Positions 45,248 to 55,622 of a stretch of DNA of 64,000 nt are shown piece after piece. Origin of the DNA: a virus. Position numbers and translations under genes: made by a program. Numbering within the stretch: position 1 is the first letter of the stretch; each line of letters starts with the position of its first letter. The stretch lies in IMG/VR virus record IMGVR_UViG_3300009082_000016, positions 108,724 through 172,723 of that record; one strand, 5' to 3'. Under the pieces are notes generated by a model. That model was not told where the DNA came from and searched no databases. It saw only the letters and a list, made by a program, of their open reading frames with translations.

Positions 45248-46069
45248 TCACACGGTCGTACGATACCGGTAGTTGCGCTCGGCGGCAAGCGCCAGCCGGG
45301 ACAGGTCGGCGACGTTCACCGGAACGCGGAACTCGACGTCGCTCGGGGCGCACAGCGCCATCGTGATCTCCTGATGCAGCGTCGTTCCCAGGCGCTCGGT
45401 CATCTTCACGGAGGCCGCACGCCAGCGGGTGTGGTTCGCGACGACGATGAGGTCGCGGTTCTTCACGGTGGGGAAGGCGCCGGCGTAGGCCACGGTCGGT
45501 GCTTCCTGCCGGACAACCGCGCCGCCGACCTGTTCGGCGTACGGGATGGGCAGCACCTGGAGCCAGATCTCGATCGGGTGGTGGAAGCCGCGGGCGAACC
45601 CGGTGCCGTAGCACTGCTCGCAGCTCGACTGCGTCACCCGCTGCGTGATCGGGTCGTAGCAGTTCTTGCAGAGCGTGCCGTAGGTACGGATCGGGAACAG
45701 CCACGACCGGCGGCCGTTGAGCTCGTGGGTGACAACCTCCCAGTGCCGACGGACTTCGGTGGCGATGAGGTCGGGCTCATCTGCCATGGAGATCGGGCCC
45801 CAGTCCTTCACCTCTCCGGTCTTCGACGTCACGCGGAGGACGTACACGTAGTCGCGGTTCGTGTGGAGCGGCTCGATCTGGTTGTCGAGGTAGAGGAAGC
45901 GGTCGACGAACGGCCCCGTCACGGGGGTCCAGGGTCCGCCCTCGCTCTCACCGCGCAGGATCTGGAACGTGTAGTCCAGCGTCTCCTCGGGGGTCGGGAC
46001 GACCTCCCACGAGACGATGCTCGACCGGAGGTCAAGGGTGCGGACCTTGAACTCGCGGATTTCGAGCAT
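45248..46069 (-). CDS. putative head-closure/neck protein
   Basis: FN3-like N-terminus; CKNC...CEQCYGTGFARGF; position. Confidence 0.55.
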   Translation of the reverse strand: MLEIREFKVRTLDLRSSIVSWEVVPTPEETLDYTFQILRGESEGGPWTPVTGPFVDRFLYLDNQIEPLHTNRDYVYVLRVTSKTGEVKDWGPISMADEPDLIATEVRRHWEVVTHELNGRRSWLFPIRTYGTLCKNCYDPITQRVTQSSCEQCYGTGFARGFHHPIEIWLQVLPIPYAEQVGGAVVRQEAPTVAYAGAFPTVKNRDLIVVANHTRWRAASVKMTERLGTTLHQEITMALCAPSDVEFRVPVNVADLSRLALAAERNYRYRTTV

Positions 46070-46072
46070 GGA

Positions 46073-47542
46073 TCAGTATCCGGGGGTCGGCTGAGTGGCC
46101 CCGCCCCACGCCGCACGGGAAACCCCCATGCGGGAACGGAACCGGTTGACGGCCCCGGCCTGGGCGGCGTTCATGAGCTCGCCGCCGGTGATGCTGGCAT
46201 CGCCCATCGTGTTGCGCCGCGGCTTGACCCCGGGTGGCAGGTTCCGGGCCTGCTCCTGCTCGCGCCGCTGGAAGTAGCGGTGCGCCAGGAGTCCACCCAG
46301 GAGCAGGCCGCCACCGACCATGACGACCTTGCCCGGGCTGACTTTCATCGCGGCGAGACCGCCGCGGATGAGACCGCGCGGAACGTGCTTCGGGATGGTG
46401 ACGGCCGCCTTCTCGAACGAGGCCTTCTTGGACTTCCCGATCAGGAGGTCCGACAGCCCCTTCTCGGCGTCGTGCAGGAGGTCGCCGGCGGCCGTTCCCT
46501 CGAGGTCCTTCGCGATCCGATCGACCGCGGCGCCCGTCGGGGAGCGCGGGAGGGACGCGTGGACTTCCTGGGCGACGCTGATCGCCTGTCCGAGATCGGG
46601 CGTCGCGGCCGTCTTGTGCATCGCCAGCTTGAGGGCGAGCGCCCCGTCCGAACGGGAACGCCGGCGGCCCGCGGCAAGCGCCGCGGTGACCTGCATCCCC
46701 GGCTGACCGCCCTGCTGCTGAGCCGCCATCTGCTGCATCACGGCCAGCTCCTGCGGACTCGGACCACCTTGCTGACCGCCCTGCTGCTGAGCCGCCATCT
46801 GCTGCATCATGGCCAGCTCCTGCGGACTCGGACCACCTTGCTGACCGCCCTGCTGACCGCCCTGCTGACCGCCCTGCTGACCGCCCTGCTGCTCCGGCCC
46901 GCCCGGCTGCTGGCCCTGCATCTGCATCTGCTGCATCTGCTGCATCTGCTGCATCTGCATCGCCTGAGCCTGCATCGCCTGCTGCGTCGGGTCCATCTCG
47001 ATCGCCTGGAGCAGCTGCTGCTTGTACTGCTGCCAGGCCATCTCCTTCTGCTGCGCGGAGCGGGTCGCCGCGGCGGCCTCCATCTTCGCGCCGATCGCTT
47101 CCTGGCCGGCCTGCATGGCCTGCATGGTCGCCTGGCTGACCTGGGCGCCAAGTTGCTGCTGCATCTGCTGGGCCTGCTGCGTGACCTGCTGGGTCTGCGA
47201 AGCCGCCTGCCCAAGCTGCTGGACCTGCTGCTGCAGCTGCTGGATGACCTTCTGGGCTTCCTGGCCCGCCTGGGACGCCGACATCACCTCCCGCTGCAGG
47301 CCCTGGATTTCCGCCTGTTGCTGGGAGACGACCTGCCCCATGTCCCGCATGGCCGTGTCGCGCGGGTCGTCGACGATCTCGTCGGTGACCAGACGCTCGC
47401 GCACCGCCCTGCTGATTGCGTCGTCCGGGCGGACGAGCTGCGCCGTCTTCGCGGCGGGGAGCAGGAACTTCTTGTACCAGCCCGCCTTCTTGACCAGCGA
47501 AGGCTGCGGACCGAGTTTCCTCAGAAGCTCGTCGTGAGTCAT
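46073..47542 (-). CDS. Gln-rich low-complexity virion-region protein
   Basis: Q/M/G-rich tract with QQGG repeats. Confidence 0.7.
   Translation of the reverse strand: MTHDELLRKLGPQPSLVKKAGWYKKFLLPAAKTAQLVRPDDAISRAVRERLVTDEIVDDPRDTAMRDMGQVVSQQQAEIQGLQREVMSASQAGQEAQKVIQQLQQQVQQLGQAASQTQQVTQQAQQMQQQLGAQVSQATMQAMQAGQEAIGAKMEAAAATRSAQQKEMAWQQYKQQLLQAIEMDPTQQAMQAQAMQMQQMQQMQQMQMQGQQPGGPEQQGGQQGGQQGGQQGGQQGGPSPQELAMMQQMAAQQQGGQQGGPSPQELAVMQQMAAQQQGGQPGMQVTAALAAGRRRSRSDGALALKLAMHKTAATPDLGQAISVAQEVHASLPRSPTGAAVDRIAKDLEGTAAGDLLHDAEKGLSDLLIGKSKKASFEKAAVTIPKHVPRGLIRGGLAAMKVSPGKVVMVGGGLLLGGLLAHRYFQRREQEQARNLPPGVKPRRNTMGDASITGGELMNAAQAGAVNRFRSRMGVSRAAWGGATQPTPGY
46703..46890. repeat. coding tandem repeats (69-bp duplication plus 12-bp QQGG units)
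   Basis: GPSPQELAxMQQMAAQQQGGQ twice; CTGACCGCCCTG units. Confidence 0.8.
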
Positions 47543-47584
47543 GGCGTCATCCTATCACAAGGACGAGGAAAGCCCCAAGCCCCC

Positions 47585-47896
47585 CTACCGGACCTTGGTG
47601 AACAGGCCCTGCTCGGCGTTGTAGTCCCACTTCTCCTTGGTATGGTCGATCCCCAGCCCGGCCGCCACGGTGTCCACCGTCTCCTGCAGCTGCTTCCGGG
47701 CCAGTTGCACGGCCTCGATCCGCCTCTGGATGATGTCCTTCGCCGGGGCCGGGCAGATCCGCACCTCCGGCTTCGGGGGCTGCTTCAGGAGCGGGTCGTC
47801 CCCCGGAGCGAGCGGAACGACCGGGCCCGGCTTCGGAACCGCGAGATTGGGAACAGCCTTCAGTACGCCCTTCTTGGTCTTCATCTTCTTCCCCAT
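47585..47896 (-). CDS. hypothetical protein
   Basis: AGGAGG RBS. Confidence 0.6.
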   Translation of the reverse strand: MGKKMKTKKGVLKAVPNLAVPKPGPVVPLAPGDDPLLKQPPKPEVRICPAPAKDIIQRRIEAVQLARKQLQETVDTVAAGLGIDHTKEKWDYNAEQGLFTKVR

Positions 47897-47905
47897 GACG
47901 ACCTC

Positions 47906-48229
47906 CTAGCTCCTGCTGACTCCGACCACGTCGCTGATCTCTCCGAATGGCGGATACCCGGCCGGATAGTACGCTCCGGCCGAGTCGATGCGATCGTACG
48001 ACACCCAGTAGTAGAACGTGGACGTCGACGAGTGGTAGCCCCGGTTGGTGATCTGCACCAGCGGTGTGCCCCCTCGTCTCGCCGTACGAAACGCCGGCAC
48101 TCCTGCTACAAGTTCCGCGTCGAGCGGCATCGCCCTCCGGGTAATGGACTTCGCTTTCTGTGCTACCCGCACGACCGGCCTGAAGAGGTCGAAAGCAGGG
48201 TCCAAGTAGATGACGAGACGGGAGGCCAT
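47906..48229 (-). CDS. hypothetical protein
   Basis: Tiling ORF. Confidence 0.5.
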   Translation of the reverse strand: MASRLVIYLDPAFDLFRPVVRVAQKAKSITRRAMPLDAELVAGVPAFRTARRGGTPLVQITNRGYHSSTSTFYYWVSYDRIDSAGAYYPAGYPPFGEISDVVGVSRS

Positions 48230-48232
48230 GCT

Positions 48233-49414
48233 CTACTCGACGGTCCGGATGGCCCACAACTTGACGTCGCTCCCAGACTCCGACTGATCCCTCGTCGCCA
48301 GCCACGCCAGAGAATCAGGACCGGCCCCCACCAGCGTATCCTCCGGGGAGATGACCGTACCGTAGGTCATGTTGCACAGGCGCTCGAAGTAGCCGCGCAG
48401 CTGGTTGCCTCCGCTGATCGGCGACCCGTACATGCTGTAGGCACCAAAGAAAACAGCCGGGGTGACGATGAACTCGTCGTAGGAAGTAGGGTCAACGACA
48501 TCCCGAGCGATCTGCCCTCCGGTATAGATACAGGCGTACGCCTGCAAAGGCATGAGGATGCCGTAGAAGCTGGCAGACGAGTAGGCCTGAGCGGTTCCGG
48601 TAAACCTAGTGGTCGCCGGGTTGTAGAGGAACACGGCACCGTACCGGGGGCAGCCGCGGGCGTACCCACCGTACACGTTCGACCACGCCCACAGAAAGGT
48701 GGGCATCGGATCGCGCCCAACGCGAGCGTTCGCCGCGAACGTGGTCGACGTCGACGTGTCGTTGAGCACCGTCATGGCGGAGCCGTCGTCCACGGACTGC
48801 ACCGTGCAGCGCAGCAACAGCCCGCTGTCTCTGTCGATGATGAAGACCTTCTGCCCCGCGTCGAACCCACTGGTGCTCACGACCGTGATCTGCTTGGTGC
48901 TCGAAGCGGGGATGGTCTCCGAACCGGCGGTGACCGTGAGCCCGGTGATGTGCCCAAGGTAGCCCAGTCGGGTGATGGTGCCGAATGCCACGGTGGAGTA
49001 GTACCCGTCCTGCTTCGTGCAGATGACGACGCCGTTCTTGTCCCCGTAGATCCATCCGATGAACGTGCCGGTCGCGTCATGCTCGAAGAGCGTCGGGACA
49101 CCTGAAGACCATCCGATCTCGTTCCCGTCGTTCGCACCGGGGGTGCCGGATGACTTGTAGTAGGTCGCTGTCCGGAAGTAGACCTGCTGCTTGGGCGCCG
49201 TCTGCGCGACTTGCGTGATGCGGATGTAGATCAGCTCGTTCCCGGACTCTCCAGTGGACTTGTAGATCTTGTCCGTGATCCCGCTCGTAGCGACGACCTC
49301 GTTGTGCAGCGTCCAGCCCATGTCCGCCAACACCTTGTAGAGGCCGTTGGTCGCATTCTCCAGAAAATCGGTGATGCTGGTGTAGGTCACCCCGTTGCGG
49401 TACTCGAACGACAT
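48233..49414 (-). CDS. virion structural / fibre-associated protein
   Basis: T/G/Y-rich beta-type composition; ITVVSTSGFDAGQ motif. Confidence 0.55.
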   Translation of the reverse strand: MSFEYRNGVTYTSITDFLENATNGLYKVLADMGWTLHNEVVATSGITDKIYKSTGESGNELIYIRITQVAQTAPKQQVYFRTATYYKSSGTPGANDGNEIGWSSGVPTLFEHDATGTFIGWIYGDKNGVVICTKQDGYYSTVAFGTITRLGYLGHITGLTVTAGSETIPASSTKQITVVSTSGFDAGQKVFIIDRDSGLLLRCTVQSVDDGSAMTVLNDTSTSTTFAANARVGRDPMPTFLWAWSNVYGGYARGCPRYGAVFLYNPATTRFTGTAQAYSSASFYGILMPLQAYACIYTGGQIARDVVDPTSYDEFIVTPAVFFGAYSMYGSPISGGNQLRGYFERLCNMTYGTVISPEDTLVGAGPDSLAWLATRDQSESGSDVKLWAIRTVE

Positions 49415-49417
49415 GGA

Positions 49418-49945
49418 TCACCTCATCTCGAGCTGGGCCCCGTACAGGATCAGGCTGTTGGCGGCACTGCCCGACTTGATCCGGACTTCGTAAACCTTCG
49501 TCCCCGAGGGCAGCGTGAGAGCGGAGCTCTCGTACCGGGTCGGCGTACCACCGGTGATGTCGAGGACGGCAACGGACGACTCGTCGGTCAGGTTGTAGAG
49601 CTGGACGTAGCCCGTGATCGCGGAGCCGAGTTGCGCGGCCACGGCCACGAACTTGATCGTCTTCCCCGAGAAGGAAGCAGGGCTGAAGGGCACGGCGCCG
49701 ACGACGTAGTAGCTCGTCTCGGTCGTGTCCCACCGCCCGGCGATCCCGGTGTTCTCGCTGCCGGCGCCGCCCGCCCCGCCTGCCGCCCACTTCCGCTTCC
49801 CCGGCGAGGCTTCGTCCTTGGTCAGGACGGAGCCGTCTGCGACGCCCGTGGGGTCGGGGATGAGCAGTTCCTGCAGGGTATCGCTGAGATCGACCTCTTC
49901 GAGGCCGCCATCCTTGATCTGGTCGCCGCCGATTCCAAGACCCAT
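49418..49945 (-). CDS. virion structural protein
   Basis: QIKDG fibre-like start; context. Confidence 0.5.
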   Translation of the reverse strand: MGLGIGGDQIKDGGLEEVDLSDTLQELLIPDPTGVADGSVLTKDEASPGKRKWAAGGAGGAGSENTGIAGRWDTTETSYYVVGAVPFSPASFSGKTIKFVAVAAQLGSAITGYVQLYNLTDESSVAVLDITGGTPTRYESSALTLPSGTKVYEVRIKSGSAANSLILYGAQLEMR

Positions 49946-50015
49946 GAGCAGGAGCTTACCAGCAGCCCAGAAAGATGACTAGGGGGGAGGTACGGCTAGC
50001 AGAGGGACGGCTGGA

Positions 50016-52196
50016 CTAGAAGCGACCGATCACGGCCTCCAAGGTGGAGCCGGTGGTGGGCGTGAAGTCGAACTTCACCGTGTCGGCAGCGTCGTTCATG
50101 TAGTACGTGCCCTGTCCACCACCAGTGCTGGCCGTCCGGAGCAGGCGCTGACCGTTGTAGTAGATGGCCAAGGACCCGCTGAACAGGGAGTCGTAGCCGA
50201 TCTGGGCCGGAACCACGTCGAGGTCCCACGTCACGGTGGCCGCGGGCCAGCTGGTCACCGACACCTCCTCGAACTTCGTGATGTTGACGGACCACACCTC
50301 GGTGTCCGCCTTGTACGTGTACTGGGCGCCGTTGCCCCAGAACACGTTCACCAGCGTGAGAGCGCCGAAGGACGCGCTGACGGTGATCTGGTCCCCGTCG
50401 TCCGGCTGCTGGAAGCTCCAGTTGGTTCCGTCGTACCACCCGATCTCCTTCGCATGGCCGGAGAAGGTCCCGAGAGCCGTGGGGGCGATCATGGCCCGGA
50501 GACCGGTCGGGGGCTTGCCCGCTCCGGCCGTGCTGTACAGCTTCGTCCACGTTCCGCCCCCGATGGACCGGTACTGGTAGACGTCCCCGTCGGTGTAGCT
50601 GCCACCCCAGTTGTCGACGATGTAGCAGTAGCCGTTGAGGGGGTTCGACGGGACGCTGCCACCCTGATCGGCGTCCGTGGTCAGCAGAACGATGTGAACC
50701 GGCGGGTGCCACGGGAACGTCTCGTCGACGTTCACGCCGGCGGCGTTCACCTTGATGTAGTTGCCCGGCTTGACCTCCAGCGACGTACCGTCGATGGTGA
50801 GGCCGTCGGCGTACTTCACGTACACGCCGTTCGAGTCGATCTCGAGGCCGCCCTCGTTCTTCACGAGGACCTTGAGTCCGGCGTACGCCCCGGACACCTC
50901 GGCGATCTCCAAGCCACCATCGGTCTGCAGGAGGGGGGAGGCGGTCCACGTCGCGCCGGCGTAGACGTACTCGATCCCCGTACCGTACGAGGACGAGATG
51001 ATGACCCCATCGCCCGACGACGGCACGACCGCGATCCAGTAGCTCGGGTCGTTGGTGTTGCTCGTGGTGACGGTCATGATCTGCTTCTGGTACGGAGCGA
51101 ACTCGTCGGCGGCGTTCGGGTGGACCACGAAACGGGTCCCATAGGCCGCGTAGCCACCGCTGCCCGGCACCAGCACGGACCAAGTGGTCCCCGTCCAGAT
51201 GACGAAGTCCCCGGCGTTGACCGCCACACCGCCCCACGTACCGTTGGCCGTGGCGAGGTAGGTGACTCCCGTCACGGGGGTACCCGGCGCCGTGGCCACG
51301 GCGTCGTAGACACGCATCGCCGAGACGGGCTGCTTCGACCGGTTGTAGACGCCGGCCGCATTGACACCGATGCCGGAACCTTCGAGGGTGTCGACGGTCA
51401 CGCCGGTGTTCGCCACCACGATGCCGTCCCCGGCCAGCACCATGAGAGGGCCAGTCTCCAGGGCGTGGTCGTTGAACTTGAGGCCGGGGTACCCGTACGT
51501 TCCGGTCGCCAGCTTGATCCCGATGCCGCCCACCGTGACCTGAATGCCGTACGCGGTGTTGGGCTCCGCGGAGATCTCGGACCCCGTGATGTCGATGCCG
51601 TCCCCCGCCGTGTAGATGCCGACGCCGGCGAACTGGATCCACTTGGTCGTATCGTCGTAGACGTACGCCCTGTTCTCGTACCAGCCCCCGTCGCCGTTGA
51701 TGAGAACGGCATCGCCGTCTTTGACATCGGTGATGAAGACCCAAGCGTTGGTACTGGCGTTGTAGACGGCGAAGTCGTTGGCGTAGGAGGCGAAGCTCCC
51801 GGCGGGGAAGGCACTGACGAGCACCCGAGTGCCGTTCGGCGGCTCTCCACCGGAGTTCGACACGATGACCTGCCACGCAGTCCCCTGCCACTCGATGATG
51901 TCCCCGTCGTTGTAGCCGACACCCCAGTTGTCGACGACGTAGGCCTCCCCGGATCCTCCGGGCGTGGGCGGACTTCCCCCACCGTCGGTGTCATCCACCA
52001 TGTTGAAGACCTTGACGGGCTCCTTCCACGTCACGCCGTACGCCGCGATGTCATCGACGTACTTCTTGTGGACGATGTCCGTCTCGTTGGAGAGGGAATG
52101 GGCCGCCGTGTACCCGATGACCGCATCGAGCTCCGCGATCTTCGCGGAGGTTACGGCCGCGTCGGCGAGTTGGTGTGTTCGGATCTGTACGGACAT
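50016..52196 (-). CDS. fibre-like protein with three DUF2793-like repeats
   Basis: Repeats of YxVDNWG...GD...W.GT.W...G.F....W.F; KKYVDD. Confidence 0.6.
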   Translation of the reverse strand: MSVQIRTHQLADAAVTSAKIAELDAVIGYTAAHSLSNETDIVHKKYVDDIAAYGVTWKEPVKVFNMVDDTDGGGSPPTPGGSGEAYVVDNWGVGYNDGDIIEWQGTAWQVIVSNSGGEPPNGTRVLVSAFPAGSFASYANDFAVYNASTNAWVFITDVKDGDAVLINGDGGWYENRAYVYDDTTKWIQFAGVGIYTAGDGIDITGSEISAEPNTAYGIQVTVGGIGIKLATGTYGYPGLKFNDHALETGPLMVLAGDGIVVANTGVTVDTLEGSGIGVNAAGVYNRSKQPVSAMRVYDAVATAPGTPVTGVTYLATANGTWGGVAVNAGDFVIWTGTTWSVLVPGSGGYAAYGTRFVVHPNAADEFAPYQKQIMTVTTSNTNDPSYWIAVVPSSGDGVIISSSYGTGIEYVYAGATWTASPLLQTDGGLEIAEVSGAYAGLKVLVKNEGGLEIDSNGVYVKYADGLTIDGTSLEVKPGNYIKVNAAGVNVDETFPWHPPVHIVLLTTDADQGGSVPSNPLNGYCYIVDNWGGSYTDGDVYQYRSIGGGTWTKLYSTAGAGKPPTGLRAMIAPTALGTFSGHAKEIGWYDGTNWSFQQPDDGDQITVSASFGALTLVNVFWGNGAQYTYKADTEVWSVNITKFEEVSVTSWPAATVTWDLDVVPAQIGYDSLFSGSLAIYYNGQRLLRTASTGGGQGTYYMNDAADTVKFDFTPTTGSTLEAVIGRF

Positions 52197-52258
52197 GGCG
52201 GAGAACCTCCTGGCCCCCTAGATGCCACAAGTCTACTACGAGATTTCAGAGTTGGGAA

Positions 52259-52624
52259 CTAGGCGGGGAGGTATCGGACGATGAGCTCCATCCCGGGGCC
52301 CAGAGGGAAGTCGTTGAAGGTGAACGTGTTCGCACCGGTCTCGGTGAAGTGGCCGGACGCCACGATTCCTTGGTACAGCCCGTTCACCCAGACCTCGAGC
52401 GTCCCCGTGGCATAGTTGGTAGGGGTGGTATAGCTGCCGGCCGGACCAGGGATCTGGACGGAAAGGTCGTACCGGGGAAGGGCGCCCGCCGCAATGCCGT
52501 CGACGTACCCCTTGGTGGGCAGCTCGTTGGGCTGGGCAGCCTCGACACCGGAGGCGTAGGAGAGGGGGTACCCGAACTCGTTCTGCAGCTGCTCGCGCCG
52601 CAACTTCGGGGTGTCCATCACCAC
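52259..52624 (-). CDS. small virion protein
   Basis: TKGYVD; LEVWVNGLYQ. Confidence 0.55.
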   Translation of the reverse strand: MVMDTPKLRREQLQNEFGYPLSYASGVEAAQPNELPTKGYVDGIAAGALPRYDLSVQIPGPAGSYTTPTNYATGTLEVWVNGLYQGIVASGHFTETGANTFTFNDFPLGPGMELIVRYLPA

Positions 52625-52625
52625 C

Positions 52626-52868
52626 TCATTGCGGCACGTACCTCGCCAGAAGCTGATCCGGCGGCCGGAGAACGAACTGCAAGTTCCACTGAATGGTCTG
52701 CTCGCCGACCTCCGTGAAGTTGTCGATGGGGACCTGGGGGATGCCGTTGAGCTCGAGGCGTACCGTTCCGGGACGGAACTTCTCGCTGGTCGCGAAGCTG
52801 AACACCTGCCCGTTCACCTGGGGCGTGAGATCTTCAGAAACGGTGGCCCAGTCGACTCGGACGGCCAT
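52626..52868 (-). CDS. small virion protein
   Basis: VRLELNGIPQ; similar to its neighbour. Confidence 0.55.
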   Translation of the reverse strand: MAVRVDWATVSEDLTPQVNGQVFSFATSEKFRPGTVRLELNGIPQVPIDNFTEVGEQTIQWNLQFVLRPPDQLLARYVPQ

Positions 52869-52916
52869 GACTACCTCTCGTCCGGCATCATGGCACGAAC
52901 GCGGAAAGGACGGAAG

Positions 52917-53075
52917 TCAGCCCATCAACCACCAGATGAACACCATGCACAGCCCGTAGATCCCACAGGACAGCAGGATGCTCATCAGGAAGGGCTTCCA
53001 GGAGCTGGCCTTGTCCTTGGCAGACAGGTCGTCCAAGCCCAAGCTCAGCAATCCTCGCTTGCTGTTCCCGTTCAC
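52917..53075 (-). CDS. small membrane protein
   Basis: C-terminal TM helix; AAGGAGG RBS. Confidence 0.45.
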   Translation of the reverse strand: MNGNSKRGLLSLGLDDLSAKDKASSWKPFLMSILLSCGIYGLCMVFIWWLMG

Positions 53076-53440
53076 GGCTGCCTCCTTCCTCCGGTGCCGC
53101 CCTTCTCGTCGATGAACATCTGCAGCAGGCGGTCCAGGTTGTGCTCGAGCTTCTCGAGCTGCCGGGTGTTGACGTCGATCCGCTCCTTGTACGCCCCGAC
53201 CTCGGTCATCGAGCAGGTGTATCCGGTCAGCACGGCGATGATCGCGGCCAGGAGTGCCCCGACGGCCCAGAGCTTGAGTCCGGTAGCGGTCTTGGCCATC
53301 GCCTCCCTGATCGCCTTCTCCGTCGCCTCCGTCAGGTCGTCGTGCTTGTCCCGGCACTCGCGCTTGGTGACAACTTGAGGTTCCACGGGCGTGCCCTCCA
53401 GATACTGCTCGAGCAGGTCATCAACGTCTTCCCGACTCAT
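53072..53440 (-). CDS. single-TM coiled-coil protein (lysis-associated?)
   Basis: LWAVGALLAAIIAVLTG TM segment. Confidence 0.55.
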   Translation of the reverse strand: MSREDVDDLLEQYLEGTPVEPQVVTKRECRDKHDDLTEATEKAIREAMAKTATGLKLWAVGALLAAIIAVLTGYTCSMTEVGAYKERIDVNTRQLEKLEHNLDRLLQMFIDEKGGTGGRRQP

Positions 53441-53466
53441 CAGCGCCAGAATCCTCTACCCCCACC

Positions 53467-53760
53467 TCACTCCTCCGGGGGCAGTACCACCGCGAGGTTC
53501 GCCGCGTCCCATTCCAGCGCGACACCGTACAGGGCGTCGAACGACGGTCGAACACCTGCCTTCATGATGTCCAGAGCGACATCACCGATCTCCTCCCGCT
53601 TGAGGGACGACAGGATGTCCTCGGCCCAGACCGGCAAGGTCACCTTCACCGGCTCCTTGCCGCCGATCCGGGCGGCGTACACCTGCGTCCGGATCCACGA
53701 GACCAGCGACGAGGCCGTCTTGAACTGAGCGGGGCTTGGAGGTACGGGTTCGGTCGGCAT
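53467..53760 (-). CDS. hypothetical protein
   Basis: AGGAG RBS. Confidence 0.55.
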   Translation of the reverse strand: MPTEPVPPSPAQFKTASSLVSWIRTQVYAARIGGKEPVKVTLPVWAEDILSSLKREEIGDVALDIMKAGVRPSFDALYGVALEWDAANLAVVLPPEE

Positions 53761-53877
53761 GTCTCAACTCCTATCGCGTTTCGGCTGCCGAGGGGGCCCC
53801 CCAAGGGAACCGAGGAAGGCCCCCTTTATACGCACGGGGGGCACGTCTCAGGGGGGCCGCCTCGGCAGCCGAAAAAC

Positions 53878-54657
53878 TCACGTCGTCACCCACACGGATC
53901 CCGCCACCCGGGCGGATCCGACCGTTCGGAGACGATCATCCCGGTTGGACCCAGCGGTGATCACGGTGTCCGAGAGGAAGGACCGGGCACCGGTCGTGGG
54001 ATCGTAGTAGCAGACCTTGTAGTAGTGCCTGGTGGTGTCGGTACAGGGAGAGAACTCCGTCTTGTGAACGGTGAACTGATTGGGCGGAAGCCGCTGGTAG
54101 GGGACGTAACGTCGCCCGCTGCGCTTCAGGGTCACGCCACGCAGACCTCCCGTTCGCAGCGTACGCCGCCAGAACTCCAACCCCAACCCATCCACCACCG
54201 GGAGGGCGACCTGCACCGCATCCGGCTCGTTGCCAGCCGTGTTCTGGAACCACCCCACCGAGTAGTCCGGCTCCGTCCCCGCACCTGCGATCAGCCGGAC
54301 GGGGGTGACCATCTGCGGGGAGTCCCGCAGGCGCCAGTACTTCCAGCGAAACCGCATCAGCCAGCCTGCCGGAGGAGAACCGGCGAGCTCCCAGCCAATG
54401 CAGAGGTCAGCCACCGATGCCGGCGGGGAGTACCGCCGAAGATGACCGTAGTCCGGCCCGTACGCTTGCGGGATCCAGCCGGCCCCTCCGCCGGTGTCGA
54501 TGTCGAGAGAAGTGTCCGCAGCCCGGTCGAGAAACCAGCTCCCCACCGGGATCACGTAGGCGTAGCGGCCGGCGACCGTGGTCACGATGATCTCGTGCGT
54601 CTCCACGGTGATGCCCTTCAGGAGATCACGCTCGAGCTCTGCATTCGACTTCGGCAT
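53878..54657 (-). CDS. hypothetical virion-region protein
   Basis: AGGAG RBS; N-terminal PKSNA shared with the adjacent gene. Confidence 0.6.
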   Translation of the reverse strand: MPKSNAELERDLLKGITVETHEIIVTTVAGRYAYVIPVGSWFLDRAADTSLDIDTGGGAGWIPQAYGPDYGHLRRYSPPASVADLCIGWELAGSPPAGWLMRFRWKYWRLRDSPQMVTPVRLIAGAGTEPDYSVGWFQNTAGNEPDAVQVALPVVDGLGLEFWRRTLRTGGLRGVTLKRSGRRYVPYQRLPPNQFTVHKTEFSPCTDTTRHYYKVCYYDPTTGARSFLSDTVITAGSNRDDRLRTVGSARVAGSVWVTT

Positions 54658-54673
54658 GCCAACTCCTACGCTC

Positions 54674-55597
54674 CTACACGATGCTGGTCACGATCCCGTT
54701 CTTCACGGTGATCGTCTTGCCGTCCGTCGTCGTGAACGTCCCGGTGACACCCGTGTGCGTCGAGCCACCCTCCCGCGTCTTGAAGCCCGCCTCGGCGTGG
54801 ACGTAGCCCGTGCCCGCATCCTCGTTCCGGCCTGCCGAGATTCCACCCTTCACCGTCCAATCGGACAACGGCTCGCTGTACCCGATGCCGCCAGGGCCAC
54901 AACCGTCCTCTGCGACGACACTGAACTTCTTGGTGACCGTCCCGCCTCCGCTGCGCGGGATGGCCTTGATGCAGTAGGCCCTGTCGATGATCGAACCGGG
55001 GTCATCCGCCTGCGGTTGGAAAGCGAACACGCTCACCGCATCCTTGATCCGTCCGGCGCCACCGTTGTTGCACGACACCACGCCGAACAGCGCAGCGACC
55101 ATGTCGATGATCCCGGTGCCCGAGTGGTAGACACTGGCTTCGCATCCCATCAGGTCAGGGTGGTTGGCGTAGCCACAGCCCATGTTGGAGCTGTTCCCCG
55201 GCGGAACGTCGGCGGACATCTGCGTCGCCCATCCCCGCTCCGTCGTGGAAGTCGGAGGGTTGGCGATCAGGCGTACGAACGCCGCCCGGTTCCCGTTACC
55301 GGGGACCACGGCAGCCACGGTGCTGATCAGCCGCAAGACGTACTGCTTGGGGTAGTCGAAGATCGCAAACGGGGGCCACGGTCGCTTGGGGTGGTCGTTC
55401 GTCCCAACCAACAGCGACCCGGTAGTGCTGTCCACATGGGGCATCTCGGACGGCGTGGTCGCATCGTCCCGATGGTCGGCTCCCCCTACTCCAACGATCC
55501 CAGCCAACAGGCGGCGGATCGCAGACAGCACCCCCGTCTTCGCCCGATGCTCGACGAGGTCCGCTTCGATCTGCGCGTTCGACTTTGGCACCGCCAT
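54674..55597 (-). CDS. fibre-like protein
   Basis: C-terminal GVTGTFTTTDGKTITVKNGIVTSI, typical of phage fibre/spike tips. Confidence 0.6.
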   Translation of the reverse strand: MAVPKSNAQIEADLVEHRAKTGVLSAIRRLLAGIVGVGGADHRDDATTPSEMPHVDSTTGSLLVGTNDHPKRPWPPFAIFDYPKQYVLRLISTVAAVVPGNGNRAAFVRLIANPPTSTTERGWATQMSADVPPGNSSNMGCGYANHPDLMGCEASVYHSGTGIIDMVAALFGVVSCNNGGAGRIKDAVSVFAFQPQADDPGSIIDRAYCIKAIPRSGGGTVTKKFSVVAEDGCGPGGIGYSEPLSDWTVKGGISAGRNEDAGTGYVHAEAGFKTREGGSTHTGVTGTFTTTDGKTITVKNGIVTSIV

Positions 55598-55622
55598 TTC
55601 CTCCGCAGCACCCGCCGCAACT

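Noticed and set aside
40784-49105. Very long plus-strand ORFs (40784-44218, 45374-49105) and many similar ones
   Set aside because: Antisense shadows of high-GC minus-strand genes: Arg/Gly/Val-rich, no motifs, and fully overlapping well-supported genes.
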